Below, one piece after another: positions 11,601 to 25,962 of a stretch of DNA of 64,000 nt. Numbering within the stretch: the stretch's first letter is position 1; the number at the start of each line of letters is the position of its first letter. Origin of the DNA: Podarcis pityusensis (Eukaryota); the NCBI GenBank assembly GCA_964106645.2, contig OZ067043.1; one strand, 5' to 3'. Made by a program: the position numbers and the translations under genes. The notes beneath the pieces were generated by a model. That model was not told the origin of the DNA. It made no database searches and was given only the letters and a program-made list of their open reading frames with translations.

Positions 11601-13847
11601 GACCATATTAATTTTAGACATTGAAAAGGCCCACCAACTTGTGTTTCCCTAACACTGGGAGAGTAGTTCACTTGCTTCAGAAGACTACTGGCCATGTGTT
11701 CCATAAGCAAAAAACGAACAAATTAAAGCAAAACAAAAATTGTATTGTCAATGGTAAGCCACTTGCATTATTATTAATATTATATATGCTTCTGAAGAAT
11801 CAAGAGTTAATTTTGCTCTAGAATTTCTCAGCCTTGTTTCAGTACTAGGTTAAGACTTGTAAGGATATTATACTGGCTCCCCAATGATGAATCTTAAATA
11901 CTAAGGGGCTGCTATGAAGTGAATCACCTTGATCTTGGGAGTGTTTGCTTCTAAATAGGTATTCTTCACATTTTATCCTTGAACACGTTCCAGCAACTTC
12001 CTACAATTAGGCAATAGTAAAGCAAAGTGTGCTAATCTGCATGCATTTTATTATGGCTGATGGTAAAAAAAGAGAAGAGAACCATTAAAAAACCTCAAAC
12101 GTAAACTGTGTTGGGAACTTAGGAACTTAATTCTTGCTTGCTTAAATATCATACTATATGCCTACTAGGAATCAAATATATTCAAATCAATAGGACTTGT
12201 TTCCAAATAAATGTGGACTAGGTTTGTATCTCTTATTTCTGAAAATGCAATTTGACTTTTTTTAATAGCTATCCAGAAAGTTCTTGCGCAAAGCATTATT
12301 TTCTGGATTCCCTTTTGGAAAACACAGCCTCCATTTATAAAATGTGCAGGTAGATTTTTAAAAGGTTTTATCAGCTTCAAAAAAGGTTTTATTAAGAAAA
12401 TGATACCCTGCCTTGCATCCAAGTATCAAGCACAAGAAAACCAAGTGATCTAATAATTTATTCTTTAAATCTGCACAGGGTGGCTATTTCTTTCCACTCC
12501 AGTAACATCCAGTAATACAACACATATTAGCCAATGAAGTGGAGGGACACCAGGGAAATTTGAAGCCGCTTGACTTTGTATTACTAGATGTTAAGGGTGG
12601 GGACAACATTGCCGGTTGTTTTTGGCAGAAGCCATGCATGTAATATATGGTTCCAGACTGATATCAGAGCAAAGCAAGGATGAAACCATTTAATTTCAAA
12701 CACTTGTAACAATTATCAGATAATTTCTAGTACACTTTTTCATGACCTTACATTTAACTTGCATGGGTCTTCACTTCCGATGACATTGGACAGCTATGGT
12801 GTGCCAAGGTTTGAATAATTCCTTTTTTAAAAAAAGAAACCCACCTCTTTCAGTAAAATGAATGAACGAACTGTGGGACATGAAAAGATGCATCTATCCC
12901 TTTCTGTAAAGAACATTTGCAATTCAGAAATCAGATTTCACAATAGGGTGGTTGTAACTAGTTCTTACATGCAGAGATGGACACACATTCTGAATGCACC
13001 TTTTCCAGGACAAGGATTTCACTTCTTTCTATAAGGGTGGACTGGTCAGATGAGAAATCACATTTTTAGCATTCATAAGATACAGGTGAAATTATGTATT
13101 GGTCATAAATACAATCGGGATGAACCACTATACAGGCTTTTCTTTTTCTCAAAGCTGACTTAAATGGACCATCCTTAGCTCAAAGAGCCAACGTTCTTTG
13201 CTTCCCCATCCCTCACCAATACCCCAGAGCTTTTATCCTGGACTGGCCAGCAGTAGGTAGAGGGTGCTTGCAACCTACAAAGGTAAAGAAACTTTGAGCA
13301 ATGGACCCATGGGTACATGCATCTTGGATCTAGAGGAGCAGAATCAGAAATGGAGCCTCTGAGTGGGGCTAAAAATAAATAAATAGGCCTGCTTGCAGGT
13401 GGGAAAGCAAACCAAACAAGATATAGCACAATAATTTATTGCAATTTCATGGTCTCTGTCTGGGGAAAGAATGCACCTGAACCCAACCTGCTATGAAGCC
13501 AAGTAGCAAACTTCAGGTGCTAGTTCTTTATGTTCAGAATCTGGCATTTTAGGTCAACAGAGAAAGCTATGAGAAGTGCAGTTAACCCCCCTCTCTCTAC
13601 TACACATCCACTACATATTACTAAATAGTGACTGATGGTGAAAGTTTGTCCCTCTGCAGCAGCTGATGGAGTGAAGCTGGTTTTCAGGGAAAGTGCCTAT
13701 ATTGTGTCCTCATTTCTTCCTTGCAGCAGAAGCAGAAGTCATGCTCAGGTTGTGGTTTCTTTATACAGGACTTGCAGGGTGGGGAAGGGCCCCCCCCTTT
13801 ACCGTAGACACCAAGCTCTGATCTAATTGTTCAGGGAGGATATTGGT
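8650..13847 (-). other. RALGAPB: Putative long RALGAPB 3' UTR (~5.2 kb; distal end inferred)
   Basis: AT-rich, no recognisable TE over ~5 kb. It ends in UGUAAAUA motifs and an AATAAA at 8668-8673 followed by GT-rich sequence. Confidence 0.5.
8668..8673 (-). terminator. Candidate distal poly(A) signal AATAAA for RALGAPB
   Basis: Minus strand reads gtcaAATAAAttttaaagattattcttatgtatgaag...gtcttcagtgtgtg (GU-rich downstream element). Confidence 0.45.
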
Positions 13848-14042
<195 letters not shown>

Positions 14043-14579
14043 TTAAATGGAAAAAAGAACATGTTAATGCCGCTTACTTCTTCCCCCAGGAAAGTTATTT
14101 TTAGGACTTTCAGAGGCTAAAAGGAAAAAGTGTTCTCTGCATCCTCAAGTCAGCGACACTTGTGAGGTTTGGAATCTTCTCATACTTGTCAACTTTACTT
14201 AGGAATAAATCTGGACGAAGAGACTGTCTTGAAACGTAAGTGCTACTCTGCCTTAGTATGAAAAGGCTAGTTCCCTGCCTTCTTGGAAAACACCTTACCC
14301 AACAAGATCAAAGATGGTATATGAACGCAGTATCTGAACATTTGTCATTCATTCAGCCACCCACAAACCGATGCCTTTCGACATGGCTATGGTTGCTGAG
14401 AATCCCAGCCAAGCACTCCAGGTTATCTCCTTCATTGGAAAAGGAGAAATGGGGGCATTTTTCTTTCCAGGCAGAACAATTTGCAACATCAGAAATAGTC
14501 TGGTGATGTGGCAAGGGATAGCATTATTAAATTGCACTCATAGCCCCAAAGAGAAGAGTTACGTTAATCATCCAATGTT

Positions 14580-14854
14580 TTTTATCATTATTCCTCCCTT
14601 ACTCCAACGGGAGCTCTGTTTTGTTTTTGGTTTTTTTAATGTATTTTTATTGAAGATTTTCTTGATTTACAAAAGTATGTGTAATGTCTCTCTCTCTCAT
14701 ATTTTTACCATGTAACATTTTTACAAATCAGTTTCATTTGTTGAGACATTAGGAAGAAAAGGAGGAAAGAGGTGTGGGGGGAAGAAGGGGGTTGGGATTG
14801 GGTGGCAATGTTTCTATTTTACTTAATATGTGTAGGGTTTTGTGTCAGCGTTGC
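14580..14854 (-). mobile_element. 5'-truncated L1-like retroinsertion (275 bp) with 16-bp TSD
   Basis: Exact direct repeat ttaatcatccaatgtt at 14564-14579 and 14855-14870; minus strand has AATAAA (14646-14651) and an A-rich tract. Confidence 0.75.
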
Positions 14855-14875
14855 TTAATCATCCAATGTTAATTA

Positions 14876-15334
<459 letters not shown>

Positions 15335-15516
15335 TCAAGTGCCAACACAGCTTTCTAAGGGCTGCTGGGACTAAAATCCATGAACACTCAACACGCAGCT
15401 TGCATGTGAGCAGAGTACTTCCAAGAGTGAAAGAAATAGCAGGAAGCAATGCATTAACCTGAATTAACTTCTATGCAAATGGCAGAGGTGGAAATGCGGA
15501 TAAATTCAGGCCATAC

Positions 15517-15595
15517 CTCAATGAAGTGCTGCTGTTTGTTGTAGTTTCTACTCCAGTGCTGGTCTCTGAAACCAAGTCGGAGAGAGGGAAGTTCT
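15517..15595 (-). CDS. RALGAPB: RALGAPB coding exon 27
   Basis: NFPLSDLVSETSTGVETTTNSSTSL; ttgcag| and AG|gtatgg; 79 nt. Confidence 0.92.
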
Positions 15596-16251
15596 CTGCA
15601 AGATAAACATATTCACGATAGATTAAATATTCCCTTTTCATGTTGTAAGAGATAGTACAAAATGAGAAACCAAATCATGTTAAGTGACTGGTATTTAAAA
15701 ACACGTAACTAGAATTGGTCTGAAGGACCATCGTGCCCTGAGCAGAGTGGAGAAAGGAGGAGCTTGAGGAATTGTCACCATCCAGCTGCCACAGCAACCC
15801 AGCCCTCCTCCAAATGCCACCATGGGGATTGCTGCAGAACCAGTTTGCCCCCGAGAGGAGCAAGAAGAAGCAGAACCAGCCTCTTCTAAACAAACAAGTT
15901 GGGATTTTTCCCCATTTTATATTTTTAAAACCAATGCTTCTTGTAATAATCTTAAGTAAAACACTTTCTATACTACTCACAAATGGCTGAAACAAGCAAA
16001 TTAATAAAACAAGAACTGGACATGGGGGCCTGGGTTATGAAGATGGTTTGCTTAGAAACTGACAAGGGCTGTTTTAAACCACAATCTGTGGCTGGCACAG
16101 AATGCTGAGCTCAGGTTACCAAGTGTAAACACTAGTGGAGTCCTTCTCCCAGCCAGGAGGAGAAGAAGGGAAGGGGGAGAGTAGAAACCTAAGGCTTTTA
16201 TGTCCTGCCTGCTCATGCAAACTCCATAATAAAAGCCTAAGATTCACCCAC

Positions 16252-16360
16252 CTATATCATCATAACGTTCAACCCAAACCACATAAACCTTGGTTTCAGG
16301 TCCCATTGGTGGAACAGCCCGACCATGCGGTAACCTCTTGCATCTGGAAGTTGGACTGAG
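16252..16360 (-). CDS. RALGAPB: RALGAPB coding exon 26
   Basis: [36 protein letters not shown]; caacag| and G|gtgggt; 109 nt. Confidence 0.92.
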
Positions 16361-16900
16361 CTGTTGGAAATACAAAAGAGAAAAGAAAAAAAGAAGACAG
16401 TCACCAAATAATCAAAGCTACAGGTGTGCAATTCAGACTGTCCTTTTCAAAAGTTTTGAGAAAAATAATTATAATGCATACAACCTATTGTGAACATTTC
16501 ATTAAAAAGACAATAAATATTGTACTGTTGTCAGGCTGAGGCTTAAACATCTGCAATTATTTTAGATTCCTTTTTATTTGTTTCTAATGCACCATGGCAA
16601 CACCTACTGGGGAAGATTTCCTCAGGTACAAAATACTGTACTTTAAGTGTCTGATAACTGTGATAGACCTAAAAAAACAACCCAACCCAACTCGTGGGGA
16701 AGACATGACCTTAATTACTATTAAATGGGAAGCTCGCTCCTACTAAATTATTCTATTTCTGAATTAACATTTTTTTGCAAGTATTATTTAGTGTATCATG
16801 AAACAGTTCATATTATTTAATACAGGAAGAGGCTATTCGACTTTAAGACTATCACTTGCATATCAAGTACACTTCATTGGTCAATGTTGCATAAACTTGC

Positions 16901-17037
16901 CCTCTGCGAAGAACTGAGATTGTCTGTATGATTGGGGAAGAGCTCAAGTGTCAGTGCAGGCTGCTTTAGTATTCCAGGCAGAAGATCCATATTGGAGTCA
17001 CTTTCCTGGTCTGAAGCATTGCTTTCCAAGGAATCAG
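16901..17037 (-). CDS. RALGAPB: RALGAPB coding exon 25 (GC donor)
   Basis: [45 protein letters not shown]; tttcag| and AGG|gcaagt; 137 nt. Confidence 0.91.
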
Positions 17038-17190
17038 CTGAAAGCCAAAAGGGATAAGTTAGGCACAAACACATGAGTGGCAATTACACTTCAGATGTAA
17101 CAAATACACAGGGGGAAGAGAGGAAAGCAAACACTCATTGCGCCAGGAGAACTCCTTGGTGCACCACTGGATACAACTCTAGAATTTTCA

Positions 17191-17448
<258 letters not shown>

Positions 17449-17947
17449 TTAAAGGGAAGGACTTCCAGTCTCGTTATGCACTTCGTCACCCCCCCGCACC
17501 TATTGTACAACTTATTCTACTTTCTAGGACACCCACCCCAAACCTTACATGAATCTGTTCCACGGATGAATACGGAGAGATCCTTGCAGGCACTTCTCTG
17601 CATACCACTTGCTGCTAGACCAGAAGATCTGGGGATACTAATCTCAGCAGTGATGTAAGAAAAGCAGTATAAGAACAGCTCTCTGGCCACCCCTTCTAAA
17701 ACTATGCATAAGGAAGCATCCTAAAGACAAAGGGGCAGTGCTGAACCCAGTGCTGAAATCACAATGGGATGATAGCGGTGAATATGTAGTCACCCCCTCT
17801 CCAAATCCAATGCAGATCTGCAGTAGTCTTCTGGAGGAGCATGCAATCTACCAGGTCTTGGGGTAGAGGGGGAAGAAGGCACCATCTAGAACACTAAGAT
17901 GACACAAAGTATTAAAGCAGACAGAAACCTCCACAAACACCTCTCAC

Positions 17948-18113
17948 CTTGCTCAGATCCCTCCTCATCACAGAAACTGTTAATGGACCAGCTAGTTGAG
18001 ACATGCCCCGTCCATCCAGGGTGTTTCCCTACATCAACTGACCAGCCAAGGGAGAGCAAGAACTCTAGGAAGTGTGGCTGGACATTTCTGGAAGACTCTA
18101 CATTCTTCAAAAT
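17948..18113 (-). CDS. RALGAPB: RALGAPB coding exon 23 (Rap/Ran-GAP-like domain)
   Basis: [55 protein letters not shown]; ttccag| and G|gtgaga; 166 nt. Confidence 0.94.
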
Positions 18114-18254
18114 CTGGAAGAAAATAGGCCAGCAGTGCAGTTAAGAAGGCTATATATGCACATTTTTAAGGTGTTTAGAAGTGCTGGCCTGAAGTATCAA
18201 GCCATCTAGATAGCAGAGTAAACAACATTGGAGCAGATTATTAACTGGTTATCT

Positions 18255-18365
18255 ACCCCAGGGCAGTATGTATTCCACAATTCTAGAACTCCCATTGTCC
18301 CTGACCAATGGTGATGGGAATGTAGTCCAAGACATCTTGAAGGTACCAGGTTGGGGAAAGCTTGG
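18255..18365. mobile_element. Degraded hAT-type MITE (same family as 7736-7871)
   Basis: actcccattgtccctgaccaatggtgatgggaatgtagtccaagacatcttgaagg...aggttggggaa. Confidence 0.6.
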
Positions 18366-18542
18366 ACTAGGCAGTGCAAAGAAACTGCATATGCACCGTG
18401 TGCCATCACAGCATCGTGCTACCCAGTTCTAAGGGGTTTTAGTGATGATACACGTCCAGTGATGTGAAAGACACACTCTTCTACTCCTCTAGTTCAAGAG
18501 AATATATATTTATGTTTTGAATACACTTTTTGATAGAGTTTA

Positions 18543-18722
<180 letters not shown>

Positions 18723-19487
18723 CTAACCAAACAAAAAGCAACGTAGATTTTATACCTCTACATAATCACCTTTTGTGGTTACCTGTAAATTGTGATCAGT
18801 CACTTAAATTTGTTAATATGCAATCAGCTTGCTAAAGAAGATCCAAGAGGAAGAGCCCACATTAGTAGTCTTGTACACATGCCTTTGTCTATTGCTTCAC
18901 AGCTCACCCAAACCTCCCCACCCCTTCCTGCTCACCCCCAACCCTCTTTTAAAGGAGGATGGGAAGTTAGTTCAAAGAATGGTTTGCCAAATTGCTCTCT
19001 GAAGCACCTGCCCTCTTCAAACACCATGGGAGAGATGTTTAACAGAAGGGCGAAAGGCACTTCAGAGTTTGCCAAACTGCTTTCTGAAGTTCCTCTTGCC
19101 CTTCTTTAAACCACTGTGCCATCTATCATCCATGTTGCTTGATCTCCCACCTGCTGTTCTGTAATGATGCTAGAATTGCTGTGGCCATCTATTGGCAGCC
19201 ACACTAACTGCAACTTGACAACAGTCTTACAGCTTTATTATATAGCAACACATAGAGTTGTGCAGATGCAAAAAAGAAATTGTACTAAGTAATGAAAATG
19301 ACAGACACATTTCTTCTACATACAATGAAACAAGGACCTTATTTTAAAATCTGAAGAAAAAGAGCCCCTCCGCCCATACACATAAACCCAATTTAAAAAA
19401 TCCATGTAGATACAATAGCCAGCCTTACACCCACATAGACTGATGGCATCACAATGGTTAACACTTTCTGAAAGTAATTTAGATAAA

Positions 19488-19612
19488 TATCCAGAGGAGT
19501 AAGCTGTTTTAAGTCTGTTGCAAGAAAAAGAAAACCTTACAAAGAGTCTTGTGGCACCCTGAAGACCAACAATTTTATAATATTCAGGATGCCACAAACA
19601 TCTTTGTTATTT
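19488..19612. mobile_element. Probable Penelope-like element remnant
   Basis: ccagaggagtaagctgttttaagtctg...aagagtcttgtggcaccctgaagaccaaca...ggatgccacaa resembles sauropsid Penelope termini (from memory). Confidence 0.45.
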
Positions 19613-19744
19613 GTACCCAAATTTGTTCTGCTTTCCTGCACAGCTCTGTCTAATGTAGGCTATAAGCGGTTGGACCCAATATTAAACAGTAATAGTCTCT
19701 AATAATGGCAGCATTTGAAGCAATTAAGGGAAGCCTCCAGTCAC

Positions 19745-19954
19745 CTTCAGTGCTTCTAGTGACAGAAATCCAAAGTGAGAGAGGAAAAGGCGTGCTGTTT
19801 GGAACTCCTGTGCAGGAGGCGGCGGCTTACACTCTGTGACTGGGTCAGGGAAATTCTTCTTTCTCCAGTCTTCCTCCATCTGCTGATCTATAGACTTCTC
19901 ATAAAGAACTTGCTGATCCATACCGTTTCTCAGCTTCTCATGCCGCTCCTCCAG
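19745..19954 (-). CDS. RALGAPB: RALGAPB coding exon 21
   Basis: [15 protein letters not shown]...[35 protein letters not shown]; tttcag| and AAG|gtgact; 210 nt. Confidence 0.94.
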
Positions 19955-20580
19955 CTGAAACATATATTTAACACCCTCATTTTAGACATCAAAAATTGCT
20001 GAGCGCAGTAGCAGCCTACAACAAATGGTGGTACCTGTTTGCCAAGCCAAACAGCACCGACAATGAGCGCCTGAAAAAGCTGCTGTAATTTCCCCCCAGC
20101 TTTCTAATAAAATTGTGACCGCTGATGTTCTTCAGCTGCTGGGTTAAGAGAGATGGATACACCTGCTGTTTGGCACGTGCACTGTGACACTCCTAAATTA
20201 GTGCCCGATTTCAAAGAACAGCTGCAAGAAGTGTTAACAGAAGCAACAAGCTGACTTTTCACCTTCACAGGGATAAGAACAATAGGACATTTTAGCTCAC
20301 TTTGGCAGCAGTTTCATGAAAAGCATCTGCTCCAGAAATGCTTTACTCGGGTTTATAAGATGAGCATGCAGGGAGCATTTTGATGTATGGGGCTATGGAA
20401 AGGCACACTTTGTGCCAGGCTCCCACCCTTTTGGCCAGCAACACCAACGTTGAGTACAGGTAAAGCAGTAAAAGTCGCTGAGAAAAAATATTTTCTACTT
20501 GAGAGGTAATGACTAACACGTTTTGTGGAGCAAAACACACAGGGAGGGGGTAAGAAATCAAAATACTGCAAGTCTCTTAC

Positions 20581-20733
20581 TTCCTCTGTAACTATTTCAT
20601 GCAAGTCTGGAATGCTCAGGTCTGCTTTCACGAAAGGAATCTTGTCCACTTCCTCAGGAAATGGCCGATGTTTCACGCTGTATTTGAGTCCAACATCATT
20701 CTTAGGTGCAGGACGAGGCTCTGGGACAAACAT
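20581..20733 (-). CDS. RALGAPB: RALGAPB coding exon 20
   Basis: [51 protein letters not shown]; aacag| and GAA|gtaaga; 153 nt. Confidence 0.94.
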
Positions 20734-21404
20734 CTGTTCAAGAAACAGAACAATGCCATAATTTTCTTAATGTGTCAAATATTGCATGATATTTCTGAAG
20801 CAATGGTTTATTGCTGAAGCAGGTGTCAAGAGTTTTGGAGAAGGGGCAGGGGTGGTGGTTAGACTGAGCTGTACTTTTAGGTTATAACTAAAGCAACACT
20901 TATAGTAGCTTCCAGAATGGTTTCTTCCATACCAAAATTAGAGATCCTGATCTGACTTTGGTAGTCTCTGCCTGGACCTTAACTAAGAATGTGCCCCAAA
21001 TCTGAATACAAAACTCAAAGCAGAAAAATATGGAAAGCTACAGTTGTAGAAAGAATACTGCTTTTACCATCTTTTTAGGAAACAAGAGTATGTATTAACA
21101 TGTCCCACTCATGTCTGAAGATATTTACACACTAAATGCCAATAAATGCCAATATTTTGCACAGCCTGATATATTTTTGGCACACACAAGCTCCCGATTA
21201 AGCAACGCAAGTTACAAAAACGAAACCCCACTGCATGGTTCCAGCTACAGCTAGGCATGCAAAGGGTAGATTTCTACCATTGGATATGATGAATCTATGT
21301 TTGATTTAAATGGGACATTCAACACACACCATGTGCATACTGTACATTTATATACATGCATCCATGTGTACCCATCTCTGATCATTTGACTGAATAATAT
21401 TGTA

Positions 21405-21646
21405 CAGTGGTACCTCGGGTTAAGTACTTAATTCGTTCCGGAGATCCGCTCTTAACCTGAAACTGTTCTTAACCTGAAGCACCACATTAGCTAATGGGGC
21501 CTCCTTCTGCTGCCGCACTGCTGAAGCACAATTTCTGTTCTCATCCTGAAGCAAAGTTCTTAACCTGAAGCACTATTTCTGGGTTAGCGGAGTCTGTAAC
21601 CTGAAGCGTATGTAACCTGAAGCGTATGTAACCCGAGGTACCACTG
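21405..21646. mobile_element. Tc1/mariner (Tigger-like) MITE, copy A (242 bp)
   Basis: TA|cagtggtacctcgggtta ... taacccgaggtaccactg|TA: perfect TIRs and TA TSD. Confidence 0.9.
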
Positions 21647-21720
21647 TAGTCTTCTAGAAGGCACCTCAGAGGTGTGAAAAGTGACAGGGTGGAAAAGCTA
21701 GCAACTCATCAAGGATACTA

Positions 21721-21946
21721 CAGTGGTACCTTGGGTTAAGTACTTAATTCATTCCAGAGGTCCTCTCTTAACCTGAAACTGTTCTTAACCTGAAGCACCA
21801 CTTTAGCTAATGGGGCCTCCTGCTGCTGCCGCGCCGCTGAAGCACAATTTCTGTTCTCATCCGGAAGCAAAGTTCTTAACCTGAAGCACTATTTCTGGGT
21901 TAGTGGAGTCTGTAACCTGAAGCGTATGTAACCTGAGGTACCATTG
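21721..21946. mobile_element. Tc1/mariner (Tigger-like) MITE, copy B (226 bp)
   Basis: TA|cagtggtaccttgggtta ... taacctgaggtaccattg|TA; nearly identical to copy A. Confidence 0.9.
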
Positions 21947-22034
21947 TATAGCGTTACTACTTTCTCTGCCTATATCTCACAGCAGTTTGGAGGCAACGTT
22001 ATGCATAGTTTTCACTATGGGCTTTGATAAAGAC

Positions 22035-22141
22035 CTTTTGATTTGCCTTAGCTCCTCTAGGCAAAAGGCAGAGTTGTTGGGCCCAGGCGTGTCTTCCAGA
22101 CATCCCACGGATCAAAATTGTGACCGAAGGGAAAAAGTCAT
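22035..22141 (-). CDS. RALGAPB: RALGAPB coding exon 19
   Basis: [35 protein letters not shown]; cttcag| and AAG|gtcttt; 107 nt. Confidence 0.92.
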
Positions 22142-23891
22142 CTGAAGAAGGAAACACACACGCATGAAAAAGTATCCCGATATGACAGAAGTGAGAAATT
22201 AAACATGAAACTGTGTGCATATGTGTAAGCAAGCAAAGAAAAACGGTCAGCCCTACTACCTGTGGTAATTGAACAAACAAATCTGTAAGCAGCAGAATAA
22301 TCCTGCCCCCTGTGGGTAGAAATGTGCCGTTGCCGGCGAGAAGAATTGGAAGGCTCTTTCGCCACCAGTTCGGAACTGAAAACACCATGGGAAGTTTCTC
22401 CTAGTTTACCAGGTGAAAGAAAGGATGGAGGGGTTGAGATTAAGCTGGCCAATAATGTGGTCAATAAAAATGACCTGATGCAGTAAAAACTGCATTGAGC
22501 ATCTCAGGTGTTCAAAGCCAAGCTACAAGAGCTCAGCTGAAGCTGTTACTCTGTCAAAGCAACAGAAGCCAGACCAAAATTGTGTTTAACTAGGTTGAAT
22601 GCCTACAGTACAACTCTAAAAGGGTGGATTCATTTTATCAAGCCAATTCAGATCTTGTAAGAATTCATGCATGACAGCTGACCTTAGTCCACTTTCCCTC
22701 GATCTCAACGCCCACCCGTCTGCATCGTGGGGTTAAGAGCACTGATATATCTAATGGGATTGTTGAAAAGATTACCTAGATAATGTCCTGGCTTGCACAT
22801 CATGCTAAACCAAGCAATAGCTTAGTGTGAATGCTGGCTCTCAAAGAGAATGTGACCACTTTGCTCCTTCCTGGTTGGTTCTGCTGCTGTGCTGCCATTG
22901 TTTGGCTTAGTGCAATGTGTGAGCCAGGCCACTGTATGCAAAGTGCTTTCGATGCCCCAAAAGTATTACGAATAGCCCACCTCCTGGTGCAAGGATGGTC
23001 AAAGGGTATTATTATTTGAGAATAAAAATCTGAGTTAGCAAAACATGGAAAATTCAGACTCAATTGCATAATTTATTCAAATTGCACAACAGAGACAGAA
23101 TATTCAACAGAGAGCTTGGCTCGAGGGAGTTTTTCCAGTGTTTGCTGTGATCATCATTTAGATTGTCTCAGTAGCACACTGACTGTATGCATCTAAACTT
23201 TAGTTGAAATAAGTGTGAATATGTAACACTGGAACAAGCTTTCCAGAGAGGGCTGTTTTATTCTGCCAGATTAGTTTTCAGGTGGCAAGGTAAATCTGTT
23301 CTATTCCAGAGGTGGGTTAAACTTATTAATTTGTACTGTCCAATAGCTTTCGCGGCAGGTTATTGAATTTCAAGTGTTTTGTTGGTTATTCGTTCTGTGC
23401 CGACTGCTACTGATTAGTCTGTTGCAGTTTTATTTATGATATGTTTCTGGCTTTCAGAAAGTCAAAGCATAAATATTTTAAATAAAAAGGCAACTATAGA
23501 TTCAGGTATTGATCTGCCAAGCTCCATACCAGAGACTTCACTACATGGAAAAATCTATCCAGGGAGGATTTTTAAAAAAGAGGGCTTTTTGGGGTGTGTG
23601 GGGAGGATAACATTTTATAGTATTATGAAAGTGAGACACTGGAAATGGAGAAATATCTGGAGAAAATGGAAGGCTGGATTTTGCATAGATTATAAAAAAT
23701 ATTATTGTATACCCAGTGATTTTGTGAACATTCTTGCTGTCTGAATTTTTACTGTGCCAGAGTTTCCTAATACTTTGCATAATACTCCACAATGTTCTGT
23801 AGAGCAGGACACCAGTGTAATGAAACAGGTAGACACTTGATAACACGGCATACAAATTTTTACCATCACCCTACTGTCAGCTGAGACTCAC

Positions 23892-24079
23892 TTTGCTCAT
23901 TCCCTAGAGGCTGCTCCAACATTGCAAGGATGACGCTGTTGTCCAAGACGAAGTAGCGGAAGCTGAATTTGTTTATGGAAGGAAGACGGGAGCATTTAAT
24001 TAATGTGATTTCATTCACTAAGCTGCAAGGTGAGGCAGGGCCACTGGGTGAAGGAAATGCTCCAAGTATTTGCATGATG
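23892..24079 (-). CDS. RALGAPB: RALGAPB coding exon 18
   Basis: [62 protein letters not shown]; ttacag| and A|gtgagt; 188 nt. Confidence 0.94.
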
Positions 24080-24407
24080 CTGTAAACCAAAGAAAACGGC
24101 TCAGTCAAAATACGTATCGCATAAAAATACATTCACAAATTGCTATGACATCTCGTCAGATACACTGATGGTGTAATGTTAGCTAGAACTACAAACAGAC
24201 AAGTGAGATTCAAAAGAAGATTGCAGAAACAGATAAAATCCTGCTCATCTGCAAAGAAAACAACATTTAACACACAGAGAACGTAAACACATTTTCTACT
24301 CCTAGAACCTATATAAATGAAAACCACTTTTCCAAAAGATCATTTCCTAATACTCCTGACTCTCACTTCTAAATTAAGCAATTTCCTACCACTAGCCGAC
24401 TGAACTA

Positions 24408-24650
<243 letters not shown>

Positions 24651-25262
24651 TTACACTGCTTTCATGTATTCTTAATTTAGTGTTCTTCTATGACATCTGG
24701 AAGGCACCATGTTGTCTACCCCTGATCTACAAGATGCTATCCAACACTAGCTTATAGGAATGCAGCCCTTGTGTTGTTAAAGGATTTCAGTCGTGGTTCC
24801 TGGACTTTGTAAGCTGGTCCGCGCCCCTTCTTTGACACATCCTGGTAGGTGAATTTGGGGAAGAGAGTGATGGAACAGAAAGTCTGTGGAGTGTTGCCTC
24901 AAACTCCAAGAGGGAGAGGGCAGAGGCAGAGATCAGAGTGATCAGAGTGCACCAGAAGTGTCAAACAGAGAACTTGTGCTCACATTTTTTTTTGCAGGGG
25001 GTGTATTGCTTTGTTTATTAGGTCATGTATTTTGTGTTTTTATACTGTAAACCACCCTATGGTCCTCTGATGGAGGGCAGCATATAAATTTAAAAAAGAA
25101 AATTAGACCCTCTAGGCCTCCCAATTTGGCACCCTATCACACTACTGTTCTGCTAACAAAAGAGTGCCTACTGCATTATGCCACAGTAGCAGCCACTGAC
25201 AAGTACGATAGCTGGATTTGGGGGTATACAAATGCTTACGCCTGTGGCTTCTAGGATATAGC

Positions 25263-25264
<2 letters not shown>

Positions 25265-25304
<40 letters not shown>
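25265..25304 (+). repeat. (TG)20 microsatellite
   Basis: Direct reading. Confidence 0.97.
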
Positions 25305-25307
<3 letters not shown>

Positions 25308-25506
25308 GACTTTTTGGTGATCTGTTAACTCTAATAAATATTTAAGAACAGATAGCTTGACAGACCCACAAGAACCATTTCTATGCCCACCTTCCCCTGC
25401 AACTTTACTGTCTAATTAAGGTAGATGAGCTGTTGTCAAAATGGATATTTTACAAGTGAACAGTGATGGGGAACAACGGGGCTGGGTGGCAAAATCTGAT
25501 CCTCTA

Positions 25507-25962
<456 letters not shown>

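Noticed and set aside
21403-21948. CRISPR-like repeat/spacer arrangement
   Set aside because: Eukaryotic DNA; the repeats are MITEs with TIRs and TA TSDs, and there are no cas genes.
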